A model generated the notes under the pieces. It made no database searches. It was not told the origin of the DNA and worked only from the letters and a program-made list of their open reading frames with translations. This document shows, in pieces, positions 13,401 to 27,800 of a stretch of DNA of 64,000 bases; position 1 is the first letter of the stretch, and every line of letters begins with the position of its first letter. Source of the DNA: the human T2T-CHM13v2.0 reference genome, Homo sapiens. The DNA lies in the NCBI RefSeq assembly GCF_009914755.1, contig NC_060947.1. One strand, written 5' to 3'. Both the position numbers and the translations under genes were made by a program.

Positions 13401-16400
13401 AGTTTCCGAGAATGCTTCTGTTTAGTTTTTATGTGAAGATGATCCCGTTTCCAGTGAAATCTTCAAAGAGGTCCACATATCCCCTTGCAGATTCCAAAGA
13501 AAGAGGGTTTCAAAACTGCTCCATCAGAGGATTGTTCAACTCTGTGAGTTGAATGCAGTCATCGCAGAAAACTTTCTGAGAATGCTTCTGTCTAGGTTTG
13601 ATGTGAAGATATAGACGTTTCAAACGAAGGCTACAAAGTGGTCAAAATATACACTTGCAGATTCTACTACAAGGGTGTTGCAAACCTGAACTATCAAAGG
13701 AAGGTTCAACTCTGTGAGTTGAATACAAACATCACAAAGAATGTTCTGAGTTTGCTTCCGTTCAGTTATGGGAAGTTGATCCCGTTTCCAACGAAATCCT
13801 CAGAGAGGTCCAAATATCCCCTCGCAGATTCTACAAAACGTGTGTTTGGAAACTGCTCCATCATAACGAATGTTCAGCTCCCTGAGTTAAACTCCATCGT
13901 CACAAAGAATTTTCTGAGAGTGCTACCGTCTGGTTTTTATATGAAGTTCTTTCCTTCACTACCACAGGCCTCAAAGCGGTCCAAATCTCCACTTGCAGAT
14001 TCTACAAAAAGAGTGTTTGCAAACTGCTCTATCAAAAGGAATGTTCAACTCTGGGAGTTGAATGCAATCATCACAGAGCAGTTTCTGAGAATGCTTCTAT
14101 GTCGTTTTTAGGAGAAGATATTTCCTTTTCCAACACAGTCCTCCAAGCCCGCTAAATAGCCACTTGCACATTGTAGAAAAAGTGTGTCAAAGCTGCGCTA
14201 TCAAAGGGAAAGTTCAACTCTGTGAGGTGAATGCAAACATCCCAAAGAAGTTTCTGAGAATGCTTCCGTTTAGCTTTTAGGTGAAGATTATCCCGTTTCC
14301 AACGAAACCTTCAAAGAGGTCCAAATATCCCCTTGCGGATCCCACAGAAAGAGTGTTTCGAAACTGCTGTTTCAAAAGGAATCTTCAACTCTGTGAGTTG
14401 AATGCAATCATCACAAAGAAGTTTCTGACAATGCTTCTCTCTCGTCTTTCTGTGAAGATAAAGGAAAAGGCTTTCAGGCCTTTGCCACCACAGGCCTGAA
14501 AGCGCTCCAAATGTCCACTTGCAGATTCTGCCAAAAGAATATTTCAAAACTGCTCTATGAAAAGCAATGTTAAACTCTGCGGCTCGAACACAAACATCAC
14601 AAAGCGGTTTCTGAGAATGCTTCAGTTTAGTTTTTCTGTGGAAATATTCCCGTTTCCAAAGAAATCTTCAAAGAGGTCCACGCATCCACTTACAGATTCT
14701 ACAAAAAGACAGTTTCAAAACTGCTCCATCAAAAGGAGGGTTCAACTGTGTGACTTGAATGCAATCATCACTCAGAAGTTTCTGAGAATGCTTCTCTTTA
14801 GTTTTTACGTGAACATATACCCGTTTCGAACGAAGGCCACCCAGTGGTCCAAATATCCACTTGCAGATTCTACAGAAAGAGTGTTTCGAACCTGAACTCT
14901 CAAAGGCAGGTTCATCTCTGCGAGTTAAATGCATTCATCATGAAGAACTTTCTCAGAGTGTTTGTGTTTAGTTATGGGAAATTATTCCCGTTTCCAACGA
15001 AATCCTCAGAGAGCTCCAAATATCCACCTGCAGATTCTACCAAAAGTGTATTTGGAAACTGCTCCATCAAAAGGCATGTTCAGCTCTGTGAGTGAAACTC
15101 CATCATCACAAAGAATATTCTGAGAATGCTTCCGTTTGCCTTTTATATGAAGTTCCTTCCTGTACTACCGTAGGCCTCAAAGCAGTCCAAATCTCCATTT
15201 GCAGATTCTATAAAAAGAGTGATTCCAATCTGCTCTATCAATAGGATTGTTCAACTCCATGAGTTGAATGCCATCCTCACAAAGTAGTTTCTGAGAATGC
15301 TTCTATCTGGTTTTTGTGTGAAGATATTTCCTTTTCCACCACAGGCCTCAAAGCCCTCCAAACGTCCACTTGCAGATTCTCGAAAAAGAGTGTTTCATAG
15401 CTGCTCTTTCAAAAGGAAAGTTCAACTCTGGGAGTTGAATACAAACATCACAAAATAGTTTCCGAGAATGCTTCTGTTTAGTTTTTATGTGAAGATGATC
15501 CCGTTTCCAGTGAAATCTTCAAAGAGGTCCACATATCCCCTTGCAGATTCCAAAGAAAGAGGGTTTCAAAACTGCTCCATCAGAGGATTGTTCAACTCTG
15601 TGAGTTGAATGCAGTCATCGCAGAAAACTTTCTGAGAATGCTTCTGTCTAGGTTTGATGTGAAGATATAGACGTTTCAAACGAAGGCTACAAAGTGGTCA
15701 AAATATACACTTGCAGATTCTACTACAAGGGTGTTGCAAACCTGAACTATCAAAGGAAGGTTCAACTCTGTGAGTTGAATACAAACATCACAAAGAATGT
15801 TCTGAGTTTGCTTCCGTTCAGTTATGGGAAGTTGATCCCGTTTCCAACGAAATCCTCAGAGAGGTCCAAATATCCCCTCGCAGATTCTACAAAACGTGTG
15901 TTTGGAAACTGCTCCATCATAACGAATGTTCAGCTCCCTGAGTTAAACTCCATCGTCACAAAGAATTTTCTGAGAGTGCTACCGTCTGGTTTTTATATGA
16001 AGTTCTTTCCTTCACTACCACAGGCCTCAAAGCGGTCCAAATCTCCACTTGCAGATTCTACAAAAAGAGTGTTTGCAAACTGCTCTATCAAAAGGAATGT
16101 TCAACTCTGGGAGTTGAATGCAATCATCACAGAGCAGTTTCTGAGAATGCTTCTATGTCGTTTTTAGGAGAAGATATTTCCTTTTCCAACACAGTCCTCC
16201 AAGCCCGCTAAATAGCCACTTGCACATTGTAGAAAAAGTGTGTCAAAGCTGCGCTATCAAAGGGAAAGTTCAACTCTGTGAGGTGAATGCAAACATCCCA
16301 AAGAAGTTTCTGAGAATGCTTCCGTTTAGCTTTTAGGTGAAGATTATCCCGTTTCCAACGAAACCTTCAAAGAGGTCCAAATATCCCCTTGCGGATCCCA

Positions 16401-18668
16401 CAGAAAGAGTGTTTCGAAACTGCTGTTTCAAAAGGAATCTTCAACTCTGTGAGTTGAATGCAATCATCACAAAGAAGTTTCTGACAATGCTTCTCTCTCG
16501 TCTTTCTGTGAAGATAAAGGAAAAGGCTTTCAGGCCTTTGCCACCACAGGCCTGAAAGCGCTCCAAATGTCCACTTGCAGATTCTGCGAAAAGAATATTT
16601 CAAAACTGCTCTATGAAAAGCAATGTTAAACTCTGCGGCTCGAACACAAACATCACAAAGCGGTTTCTGAGAATGCTTCAGTTTAGTTTTTCTGTGGAAA
16701 TATTCCCGTTTCCAAAGAAATCTTCAAAGAGGTCCACGCATCCACTTACAGATTCTACAAAAAGACAGTTTCAAAACTGCTCCATCAAAAGGAGGGTTCA
16801 ACTGTGTGACTTGAATGCAATCATCACTCAGAAGTTTCTGAGAATGCTTCTCTTTAGTTTTTACGTGAACATATACCCGTTTCGAACGAAGGCCACCCAG
16901 TGGTCCAAATATCCACTTGCAGATTCTACAGAAAGAGTGTTTCGAACCTGAACTCTCAAAGGCAGGTTCATCTCTGCGAGTTAAATGCATTCATCATGAA
17001 GAACTTTCTCAGAGTGTTTGTGTTTAGTTATGGGAAATTATTCCCGTTTCCAACGAAATCCTCAGAGAGCTCCAAATATCCACCTGCAGATTCTACCAAA
17101 AGTGTATTTGGAAACTGCTCCATCAAAAGGCATGTTCAGCTCTGTGAGTGAAACTCCATCATCACAAAGAATATTCTGAGAATGCTTCCGTTTGCCTTTT
17201 ATATGAAGTTCCTTCCTGTACTACCGTAGGCCTCAAAGCAGTCCAAATCTCCATTTGCAGATTCTATAAAAAGAGTGATTCCAATCTGCTCTATCAATAG
17301 GATTGTTCAACTCCATGAGTTGAATGCCATCCTCACAAAGTAGTTTCTGAGAATGCTTCTATCTGGTTTTTGTGTGAAGATATTTCCTTTTCCACCACAG
17401 GCCTCAAAGCCCTCCAAACGTCCACTTGCAGATTCTCGAAAAAGAGTGTTTCATAGCTGCTCTTTCAAAAGGAAAGTTCAACTCTGGGAGTTGAATACAA
17501 ACATCACAAAATAGTTTCCGAGAATGCTTCTGTTTAGTTTTTATGTGAAGATGATCCCGTTTCCAGTGAAATCTTCAAAGAGGTCCACATATCCCCTTGC
17601 AGATTCCAAAGAAAGAGGGTTTCAAAACTGCTCCATCAGAGGATTGTTCAACTCTGTGAGTTGAATGCAGTCATCGCAGAAAACTTTCTGAGAATGCTTC
17701 TGTCTAGGTTTGATGTGAAGATATAGACGTTTCAAACGAAGGCTACAAAGTGGTCAAAATATACACTTGCAGATTCTACTACAAGGGTGTTGCAAACCTG
17801 AACTATCAAAGGAAGGTTCAACTCTGTGAGTTGAATACAAACATCACAAAGAATGTTCTGAGTTTGCTTCCGTTCAGTTATGGGAAGTTGATCCCGTTTC
17901 CAACGAAATCCTCAGAGAGGTCCAAATATCCCCTTGCAGATTCTACAAAACGTGTGTTTGGAAACTGCTCCATCATAACGAATGTTCAGCTCCCTGAGTT
18001 AAACTCCATCGTCACAAAGAATTTTCTGAGAGTGCTACCGTCTGGTTTTTATATGAAGTTCTTTCCTTCACTACCACAGGCCTCAAAGCGGTCCAAATCT
18101 CCACTTGCAGATTCTACAAAAAGAGTGTTTGCAAACTGCTCTATCAAAAGGAATGTTCAACTCTGGGAGTTGAATGCAATCATCACAGAGCAGTTTCTGA
18201 GAATGCTTCTATGTCGTTTTTAGGAGAAGATATTTCCTTTTCCAACACAGTCCTCCAAGCCCGCTAAATAGCCACTTGCACATTGTAGAAAAAGTGTGTC
18301 AAAGCTGCGCTATCAAAGGGAAAGTTCAACTCTGTGAGGTGAATGCAAACATCCCAAAGAAGTTTCTGAGAATGCTTCCGTTTAGCTTTTAGGTGAAGAT
18401 TATCCCGTTTCCAACGAAACCTTCAAAGAGGTCCAAATATCCCCTTGCGGATCCCACAGAAAGAGTGTTTCGAAACTGCTGTTTCAAAAGGAATCTTCAA
18501 CTCTGTGAGTTGAATGCAATCATCACAAAGAAGTTTCTGACAATGCTTCTCTCTCGTCTTTCTGTGAAGATAAAGGAAAAGGCTTTCAGGCCTTTGCCAC
18601 CACAGGCCTGAAAGCGCTCCAAATGTCCACTTGCAGATTCTGCCAAAAGAATATTTCAAAACTGCTCT
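10445..18668 (-). repeat. Run of four near-identical 2056-bp HORs (U6-U9)
   Basis: Four consecutive 2056 spacings. All copies share CACGCAT, TTCTATAAAA, AAAGTAGTTTCT and the 1-bp deletion ATCAGAGG. Confidence 0.88.
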
Positions 18669-21600
18669 ATGAAAAGCAATGTTAAACTCTGCGGCTCGAA
18701 CACAAACATCACAAAGCGGTTTCTGAGAATGCTTCAGTTTAGTTTTTCTGTGGAAATATTCCCGTTTCCAAAGAAATCTTCAAAGAGGTCCACGTATCCA
18801 CTTACAGATTCTACAAAAAGACAGTTTCAAAACTGCTCCATCAAAAGGAGGGTTCAACTGTGTGACTTGAATGCAATCATCACTCAGAAGTTTCTGAGAA
18901 TGCTTCTCTTTAGTTTTTACGTGAACATATACCCGTTTCGAACGAAGGCCAGCCAGTGGTCCAAATATCCACTTGCAGATTCTACAGAAAGAGTGTTTCG
19001 AACCTGAACTCTCAAAGGCAGGTTCATCTCTGCGAGTTAAATGCATTCATCATGAAGAACTTTCTCAGAGTGTTTGTGTTTAGTTATGGGAAATTATTCC
19101 CGTTTCCAACGAAATCCTCAGAGAGCTCCAAATATCCACCTGCAGATTCTACCAAAAGTGTATTTGGAAACTGCTCCATCAAAAGGCATGTTCAGCTCTG
19201 TGAGTGAAACTCCATCATCACAAAGAATATTCTGAGAATGCTTCCGTTTGCCTTTTATATGAAGTTCCTTCCTGTACTACCGTAGGCCTCAAAGCAGTCC
19301 AAATCTCCATTTGCAGATTCTACAAAAAGAGTGATTCCAATCTGCTCTATCAATAGGATTGTTCAACTCCATGAGTTGAATGCCATCCTCACAAAGTCGT
19401 TTCTGAGAATGCTTCTATCTGGTTTTTGTGTGAAGATATTTCCTTTTCCACCACAGGCCTCAAAGCCCTCCAAACGTCCACTTGCAGATTCTCGAAAAAG
19501 AGTGTTTCATAGCTACTCTTTCAAAAGGAAAGTTCAACTCTGGGAGTTGAATACAAACATCACAAAATAGTTTCCGAGAATGCTTCTGTTTAGTTTTTAT
19601 GTGAAGATGATCCCGTTTCCAGTGAAATCTTCAAAGAGGTCCACATATCCCCTTGCAGATTCCAAAGAAAGAGGGTTTCAAAACTGCTCCATCAGAAGGA
19701 TTGTTCAACTCTGTGAGTTGAATGCAGTCATCGCAGAAAACTTTCTGAGAATGCTTCTGTCTAGGTTTGATGTGAAGATATAGACGTTTCAAACGAAGGC
19801 TACAAAGTGGTCAAAATATACACTTGCAGATTCTACTACAAGGGTGTTGCAAACCTGAACTATCAAAGGAAGGTTCAACTCTGTGAATTGAATACAAACA
19901 TCACAAAGAATGTTCTGAGTTTGCTTCCGTTCAGTTATGGGAAGTTGATCCCGTTTCCAACGAAATCCTCAGAGAGGTCCAAATATCCCCTCGCAGATTC
20001 TACAAAACGTGTGTTTAGAAACTGCTCCATCATAACGAATGTTCAGCTCCCTGAGTTAAACTCCATCGTCACAAAGAATTTTCTGAGAGTGCTACCGTCT
20101 GGTTTTTATATGAAGTTCTTTCCTTCACTACCACAGGCCTCAAAGCGGTCCAAATCTCCACTTGCAGATTCTACAAAAAGAGTGTTTGCAAACTGCTCTA
20201 TCAAAAGGAATGTTCAACTCTGGGAGTTGAATGCAATCATCACAGAGCAGTTTCTGAGAATGCTTCTATGTCGTTTTTAGGAGAAGATATTTCCTTTTCC
20301 AACACAGTCCTCCAAGCCCGCTAAATAGCCACTTGCACATTGTAGAAAAAGTGTGTCAAAGCTGCGCTATCAAAGGGAAAGTTCAACTCTGTGAGGTGAA
20401 TGCAAACATCCCAAAGAAGTTTCTGAGAATGCTTCCGTTTAGCTTTTAGGTGAAGATTATCCCGTTTCCAACGAAACCTTCAAAGAGGTCCAAATATCCC
20501 CTTGCGGATCCCACAGAAAGAGTGTTTCGAAACTGCTGTTTCAAAAGGAATCTTCAACTCTGTGAGTTGAATGCAATCATCACAAAGAAGTTTCTGACAA
20601 TGCTTCTCTCTCGTCTTTCTGTGAAGATAAAGGAAAAGGCTTTCAGGCCTTTGCCACCACAGGCCTGAAAGCGCTCCAAATGTCCACTTGCAGATTCTGC
20701 CAAAAGAATATTTCAAAACTGCTCTATGAAAAGCAATGTTAAACTCTGTGGCTGGAACACAAACATCACAAAGCGGTTTCTGAGAATGTTTCAGTTTAGT
20801 TTTTCTGTGGAAATATTCCCGTTTCCAAAGAAATCTTCAAAGAGGTCCACGTATCCACTTACAGATTCTACAAAAAGACAGTTTCAAAACTGCTCCATCA
20901 AAAGGAGGGTTCAACTGTGTGACTTGAATGCAATCATCACTCAGAAGTTTCTGAGAATGCTTCTCTTTAGTTTTTACGTGAACATATACCCGTTTCGAAC
21001 GAAGGCCAGCCAGTGGTCCAAATATCCACTTGCAGATTCTACAGAAAGAGTGTTTCGAACCTGAACTCTCAAAGGCAGGTTCATCTCTGCGAGTTAAATG
21101 CATTCATCATGAAGAACTTTCTCAGAGTGTTTGTGCTTAGTTATGGGAAATTATTCCCGTTTCCAACGAAATCCTCAGAGTGGTCCAAATATCCACCTGC
21201 AGATTCTACCAAAAGTGTATTTGGAAACTGCTCCATCAAAAGGCATGTTCAGCTCTGTGAGTGAAACTCCATCATCACAAAGAATATTCTGAGAATGCTT
21301 CCGTTTGCCTTTTATCTGAAGTTCCTTCCTATACGACCGTAGGCCTCAAAGCAGTCCAAATCTCCATTTGCAGATTCTACAAAAAGAGTGATTCCAATCT
21401 GCTCTATCAATAGGATTGTTCAACTCCATGAGTTGAATGCCATCCTCCAAAGTCGTTTCTGAGAATGCTTCTATCTAGTTTTTATGTGAAGATATTTCCT
21501 TTTCCACCACAGGCCTCAAAGCCCTCCAAACGTCCACTTGCAGATTCTCGAAAAAGAGTGTTTCATAGCTGCTCTTTCAAAAGGAAAGTTCAACTCTGGC

Positions 21601-24600
21601 AGTTGAATACAAACATCACAAAGTAGTTTCCGAGAATGCTTCTGTTTAGTTTTTATGTGAAGATGATCCCGTTTCCAGTGAAATCTTCAAAGAGGTCCAC
21701 ATATCCCCTTGCAGATTCCAAAGAAAGAGGGTTTCAAAACTGCTCCATCAGAAGGATTGTTCAACTCTGTGAGTTGAATGCAGTCATCGCAGAAAACTTT
21801 CTGAGAATGCTTCTGTCTAGGTTTGATGTGAAGATATAGACGTTTCAAACGAAGGCTACAAAGTGGTCAAAATATACACTTGCAGATTCTACTACAAGGG
21901 TGTTGCAAACCTGAACTATCAAAGGAAGGTTCAACTCTGTGAGTTGAATACAAACATCACAAAGAATGTTCTGAGTTTGCTTCCGTTCAGTTATGGGAAG
22001 TTGATCCCGTTTCCAACGAAATCCTCAGAGAGGTCCAAATATCCCCTTGCAGATTCTACAAAACGTGTGTTTGGAAACTGCTCCATCATAACGAATGTTC
22101 AGCTCCCTGAGTTAAACTCCATCGTCACAAAGAATTTTCTGAGAGTGCTACCGTCTGGTTTTTATATGAAGTTCTTTCCTTCACTACCACAGGCCTCAAA
22201 GCGGTCCAAATCTCCACTTGCAGATTCTACAAAAAGAGTGTTTGCAAACTGCTCTATCAAAAGGAATGTTCAACTCTGGGAGTTGAATGCAATCATCACA
22301 GAGCAGTTTCTGAGAATGCTTCTATGTCGTTTTTAGGAGAAGATATTTCCTTTTCCAACACAGTCCTCCAAGCCCGCTAAATAGCCACTTGCACATTGTA
22401 GAAAAAGTGTGTCAAAGCTGCGCTATCAAAGGGAAAGTTCAACTCTGTGAGGTGAATGCAAACATCCCAAAGAAGTTTCTGAGAATGCTTCCGTTTAGCT
22501 TTTAGGTGAAGATTATCCCGTTTCCAACGAAACCTTCAAAGAGGTCCAAATATCCCCTTGCGGATCCCACAGAAAGAGTGTTTCGAAACTGCTGTTTCAA
22601 AAGGAATCTTCAACTCTGTGAGTTGAATGCAATCATCACAAAGAAGTTTCTGACAATGCTTCTCTCTCGTCTTTCTGTGAAGATAAAGGAAAAGGCTTTC
22701 AGGCCTTTGCCACCACAGGCCTGAAAGCGCTCCAAATGTCCACTTGCAGATTCTGCGAAAAGAATATTTCAAAACTGCTCTATGAAAAGCAATGTTAAAC
22801 TCTGTGGCTCGAACACAAACATCACAAAGCAGTTTCTGAGAATGCTTCAGTTTAGTTTTTCTGTGGAAATATTCCCGTTTCCAAAGAAATCTTCAAAGAG
22901 GTCCACGTATCCACTTACAGATTCTACAAAAAGACAGTTTCAAAACTGCTCCATCAAAAGGAGGGTTCAACCGTGTGACTTGAATGCAATCATCACTCAG
23001 AAGTTTCTGAGAATGCTTCTCTTTAGTTTTTACGTGAACATATACCCGTTTCGAACGAAGGCCAGCCAGTGGTCCAAATATCCACTTGCAGATTCTACAG
23101 AAAGAGTGTTTCGAACCTGAACTCTCAAAGGCAGGTTCATCTCTGCGAGTTAAATGCATTCATCATGAAGAACTTTCTCAGAGTGTTTGTATTTAGTTAT
23201 GGGAAATTATTCCCGTTTCCAACGAAATCCTCAGAGAGCTCCAAATATCCACCTGCAGATTCTACCAAAAGTGTATTTGGAAACTGCTCCATCAAAAGGC
23301 ATGTTCAGCTCTGTCAGTGAAACTCCATCATCACAAAGAATATTCTGAGAATGCTTCCGTTTGCCTTTTATATGAAGTTCCTTCCTGTACTACCGTAGGC
23401 CTCAAAGCAGTCCAAATCTCCATTTGCAGATTCTACAAAAAGAGTGATTCCAATCTGCTCTATCAATAGGATTGTTCAACTCCATGAGTTGAATGCCATC
23501 CTCACAAAGTCGTTTCTGAGAATGCTTCTATCTGGTTTTTGTGTGAAGATATTTCCTTTTCCACCACAGGCCTCAAAGCCCTCCAAACGTCCACTTGCAG
23601 ATTCTCGAAAAAGAGTGTTTCATAGCTGCTCTTTCAAAAGGAAAGTTCAACTCTGGGAGTTGAATACAAACATCACAAAATAGTTTCCGAGAATGCTTCT
23701 GTTTAGTTTTTATGTGAAGATGATCCCGTTTCCAGTGAAATCTTCAAAGAGGTCCACATATCCCCTTGCAGATTCCAAAGAAAGAGGGTTTCAAAACTGC
23801 TCCATCAGAAGGATTGTTCAACTCTGTGAGTTGAATGCAGTCATCGCAGAAAACTTTCTGAGAATGCTTCTGTCTAGGTTTGATGTGAAGATATAGACGT
23901 TTCAAACGAAGGCTACAAAGTGGTCAAAATATACACTTGCAGATTCTACTACAAGGGTGTTGCAAACCTGAACTATCAAAGGAAGGTTCAACTCTGTGAA
24001 TTGAATACAAATATCACAAAGAATGTTCTGAGTTTGCTTCCGTTCAGTTATGGGAAGTTGATCCCGTTTCCAACGAAATCCTCAGAGAGGTCCAAATATC
24101 CCCTCGCAGATTCTACAAAACGTGTGTTTGGAAACTGCTCCATCATAACGAATGTTCAGCTCCCTGAGTTAAACTCCATCGTCACAAAGAATTTTCTGAG
24201 AGTGCTACCGTCTGGTTTTTATATGAAGTTCTTTCCTTCACTACCACAGGCCTCAAAGCGGTCCAAATCTCCACTTGCAGATTCTACAAAAAGAGTGTTT
24301 GCAAACTGCTCTATCAAAAGGAATGTTCAACTCTGGGAGTTGAATGCAATCATCACAGAGCAGTTTCTGAGAATGCTTCTATGTCGTTTTTAGGAGAAGA
24401 TATTTCCTTTTCCAACACAGTCCTCCAAGCCCGCTAAATAGCCACTTGCACATTGTAGAAAAAGTGTGTCAAAGCTGCGCTATCAAAGGGAAAGTTCAAC
24501 TCTGTGAGGTGAATGCAAACATCCCAAAGAAGTTTCTGAGAATGCTTCCGTTTAGCTTTTAGGTGAAGATTATCCCGTTTCCAACGAAACCTTCAAAGAG

Positions 24601-24838
24601 GTCCAAATATCCCCTTGCGGATCCCACAGAAAGAGTGTTTCGAAACTGCTGTTTCAAAAGGAATCTTCAACTCTGTGAGTTGAATGCAATCATCACAAAG
24701 AAGTTTCTGACAATGCTTCTCTCTCGTCTTTCTGTGAAGATAAAGGAAAAGGCTTTCAGGCCTTTTCCACCACAGGCCTGAAAGCGCTCCAAATGTCCAC
24801 TTGCAGATTCTGCGAAAAGAATATTTCAAAACTGCTCT

Positions 24839-27800
24839 ATGAAAAGCAATGTTAAACTCTGTGGCTCGAACACAAACATCACAAAGCAGTTTCTGAGAAT
24901 GCTTCAGTTTAGTTTTTCTGTGGAAATATTCCCGTTTCCAAAGAAATCTTCAAAGAGGTCCACGTATCCACTTACAGATTCTACAAAAAGACAGTTTCAA
25001 AACTGCTCCATCAAAAGGAGGGTTCAACTGTGTGACTTGAATGCAATCATCACTCAGAAGTTTCTGAGAATGCTTCTCTTTAGTTTTTACGTGAACATAT
25101 ACCCGTTTCGAACGAAGGCCACCCAGTGGTCCAAATATCCACTTGCAGATTCTACAGAAAGAGTGTTTCGAACCTGAACTCCCAAAGGCAGGTTCATCTC
25201 TGCGAGTTAAATGCATTCATCATGAAGAACTTTCTCAGAGTGTTTGTGTTTAGTTATGGGAAATTATTCCCGTTTCCAAAGAAATCCTCAGAGAGCTCCA
25301 AATATCCACCTGCAGATTCTACCAAAAGTGTATTTGGAAACTGCTCCATCAAAAGGCATGTTCAGCTCTGTGAGTGAAACTCCATCATCACAAAGAATAT
25401 TCTGAGAATGCTTCCGTTTGCCTTTTATCTGAAGTTCCTTCCTATACGACCGTAGGCCTCAAAGCAGTCCAAATCTCCATTTGCAGATTCTACAAAAAGA
25501 GTGATTCCAATCTGCTCTATCAATAGTATTGTTCAACTCCATGAGGTGAATGCCATCCTCACAAAGTCGTTTCTGAGAATGCTTCTATCTAGTTTTTATG
25601 TGAAGATATTTCCTTTTCCACCACAGGCCTCAAAGCCCTCCAAACGTCCACTTGCAGATTCTCGAAAAAGAGTGTTTCATAGCTGCTCTTTCAAAAGGAA
25701 AGTTCAACTCTGGGAGTTGAATACAAACATCACAAAGTAGTTTCCGAGAATGCTTCTGTTTAGTTTTTATGTGAAGATGATCCCGTTTCCAGTGAAATCT
25801 TCAAAGAGGTCCACATATCCCCTTGCAGATTCCAAAGAAAGAGGGTTTCAAAACTGCTCCATCAGAAGGATTGTTCAACTCTGTGAGTTGAATGCAGTCA
25901 TCGCAGAAAACTTTCTGAGAATGCTTCTGTCTAGGTTTGATGTGAAGATATAGACGTTTCAAACGAAGGCTACAAAGTGGTCAAAATATACACTTGCAGA
26001 TTCTACTACAAGGGTGTTGCAAACCTGAACTATCAAAGGAAGGTTCAACTCTGTGAGTTGAATACAAACATCACAAAGAATGTTCTGAGTTTGCTTCCGT
26101 TCAGTTATGGGAAGTTGATCCCGTTTCCAACGAAATCCTCAGAGAGGTCCAAATATCCCCTTGCAGATTCTACAAAACGTGTGTTTGGAAACTGCTCCAT
26201 CATAACGAATGTTCAGCTCCCTGAGTTAAACTCCATCGTCACAAAGAATTTTCTGAGAGTGCTACCGTCTGGTTTTTATATGAAGTTCTTTCCTTCACTA
26301 CCACAGGCCTCAAAGCGGTCCAAATCTCCACTTGCAGATTCTACAAAAAGAGTGTTTGCAAACTGCTCTATCAAAAGGAATGTTCAACTCTGGGAGTTGA
26401 ATGCAATCATCACAGAGCAGTTTCTGAGAATGCTTCTATGTCGTTTTTAGGAGAAGATATTTCCTTTTCCAACACAGTCCTCCAAGCCCGCTAAATAGCC
26501 ACTTGCACATTGTAGAAAAAGTGTGTCAAAGCTGCGCTATCAAAGGGAAAGTTCAACTCTGTGAGGTGAATGCAAACATCCCAAAGAAGTTTCTGAGAAT
26601 GCTTCCGTTTAGCTTTTAGGTGAAGATTATCCCGTTTCCAACGAAACCTTCAAAGAGGTCCAAATATCCCCTTGCGGATCCCACAGAAAGAGTGTTTCGA
26701 AACTGCTGTTTCAAAAGGAATCTTCAACTCTGTGAGTTGAATGCAATCATCACAAAGAAGTTTCTGACAATGCTTCTCTCTCGTCTTTCTGTGAAGATAA
26801 AGGAAAAGGCTTTCAGGCCTTTTCCACCACAGGCCTGAAAGCGCTCCAAATGTCCACTTGCAGATTCTGCGAAAAGAATATTTCAAAACTGCTCTATGAA
26901 AAGCAATGTTAAACTCTGTGGCTGGAACACAAACATCACAAAGCGGTTTCTGAGAATGTTTCAGTTTAGTTTTTCTGTGGAAATATTCCCGTTTCCAAAG
27001 AAATCTTCAAAGAGGTCCACGTATCCACTTACAGATTCTACAAAAAGACAGTTTCAAAACTGCTCCATCAAAAGGAGAGTTCAACTGTGTGACTTGAATG
27101 CAATCATCACTCAGAAGTTTCTGAGAATGCTTCTCTTTAGTTTTTACGTGAACATATACCCGTTTCGAACGAAGGCCACCCAGTGGTCCAAATATCCACT
27201 TGCAGATTCTACAGAAAGAGTGTTTCGAACCTGAACTCTCAAAGGCAGGTTCATCTCTGCAAGTTAAATGCATTCATCATGAAGAACTTTCTCAGAGTGT
27301 TTGTGTTTAGTTATGGGAAATTATTCCCGTTTCCAACGAAATCCTCAGAGAGCTCCAAATATCCACCTGCAGATTCTACCAAAAGTGTATTTGGAAACTG
27401 CTCCATCAAAAGGCATGTTCAGCTCTGTGAGTGAAACTCCATCATCACAAAGAATATTCTGAGAATGCTTCCGTTTGCCTTTTATATGAAGTTCCTTCCT
27501 ATACGACCGTAGGCCTCAAAGCAGTCCAAATCTCCATTTGCAGATTCTACAAAAAGAGTGATTCCAATCTGCTCTATCAATAGGATTGTTCAACTCCATG
27601 AGTTGAATGCCATCCTCACAAAGTAGTTTCTGAGAATGCTTCTATCTAGTTTTATGTGAAGATATTTCCTTTTCCACCACAGGCCTCAAAGCCCTCCAAA
27701 CGTCCACTTGCAGATTCTCGAAAAAGAGTGTTTCATAGCTGCTCTTTCAAAAGGAAAGTTCAACTCTGGGAGTTGAATACAAACATCACAAAGTAGTTTC

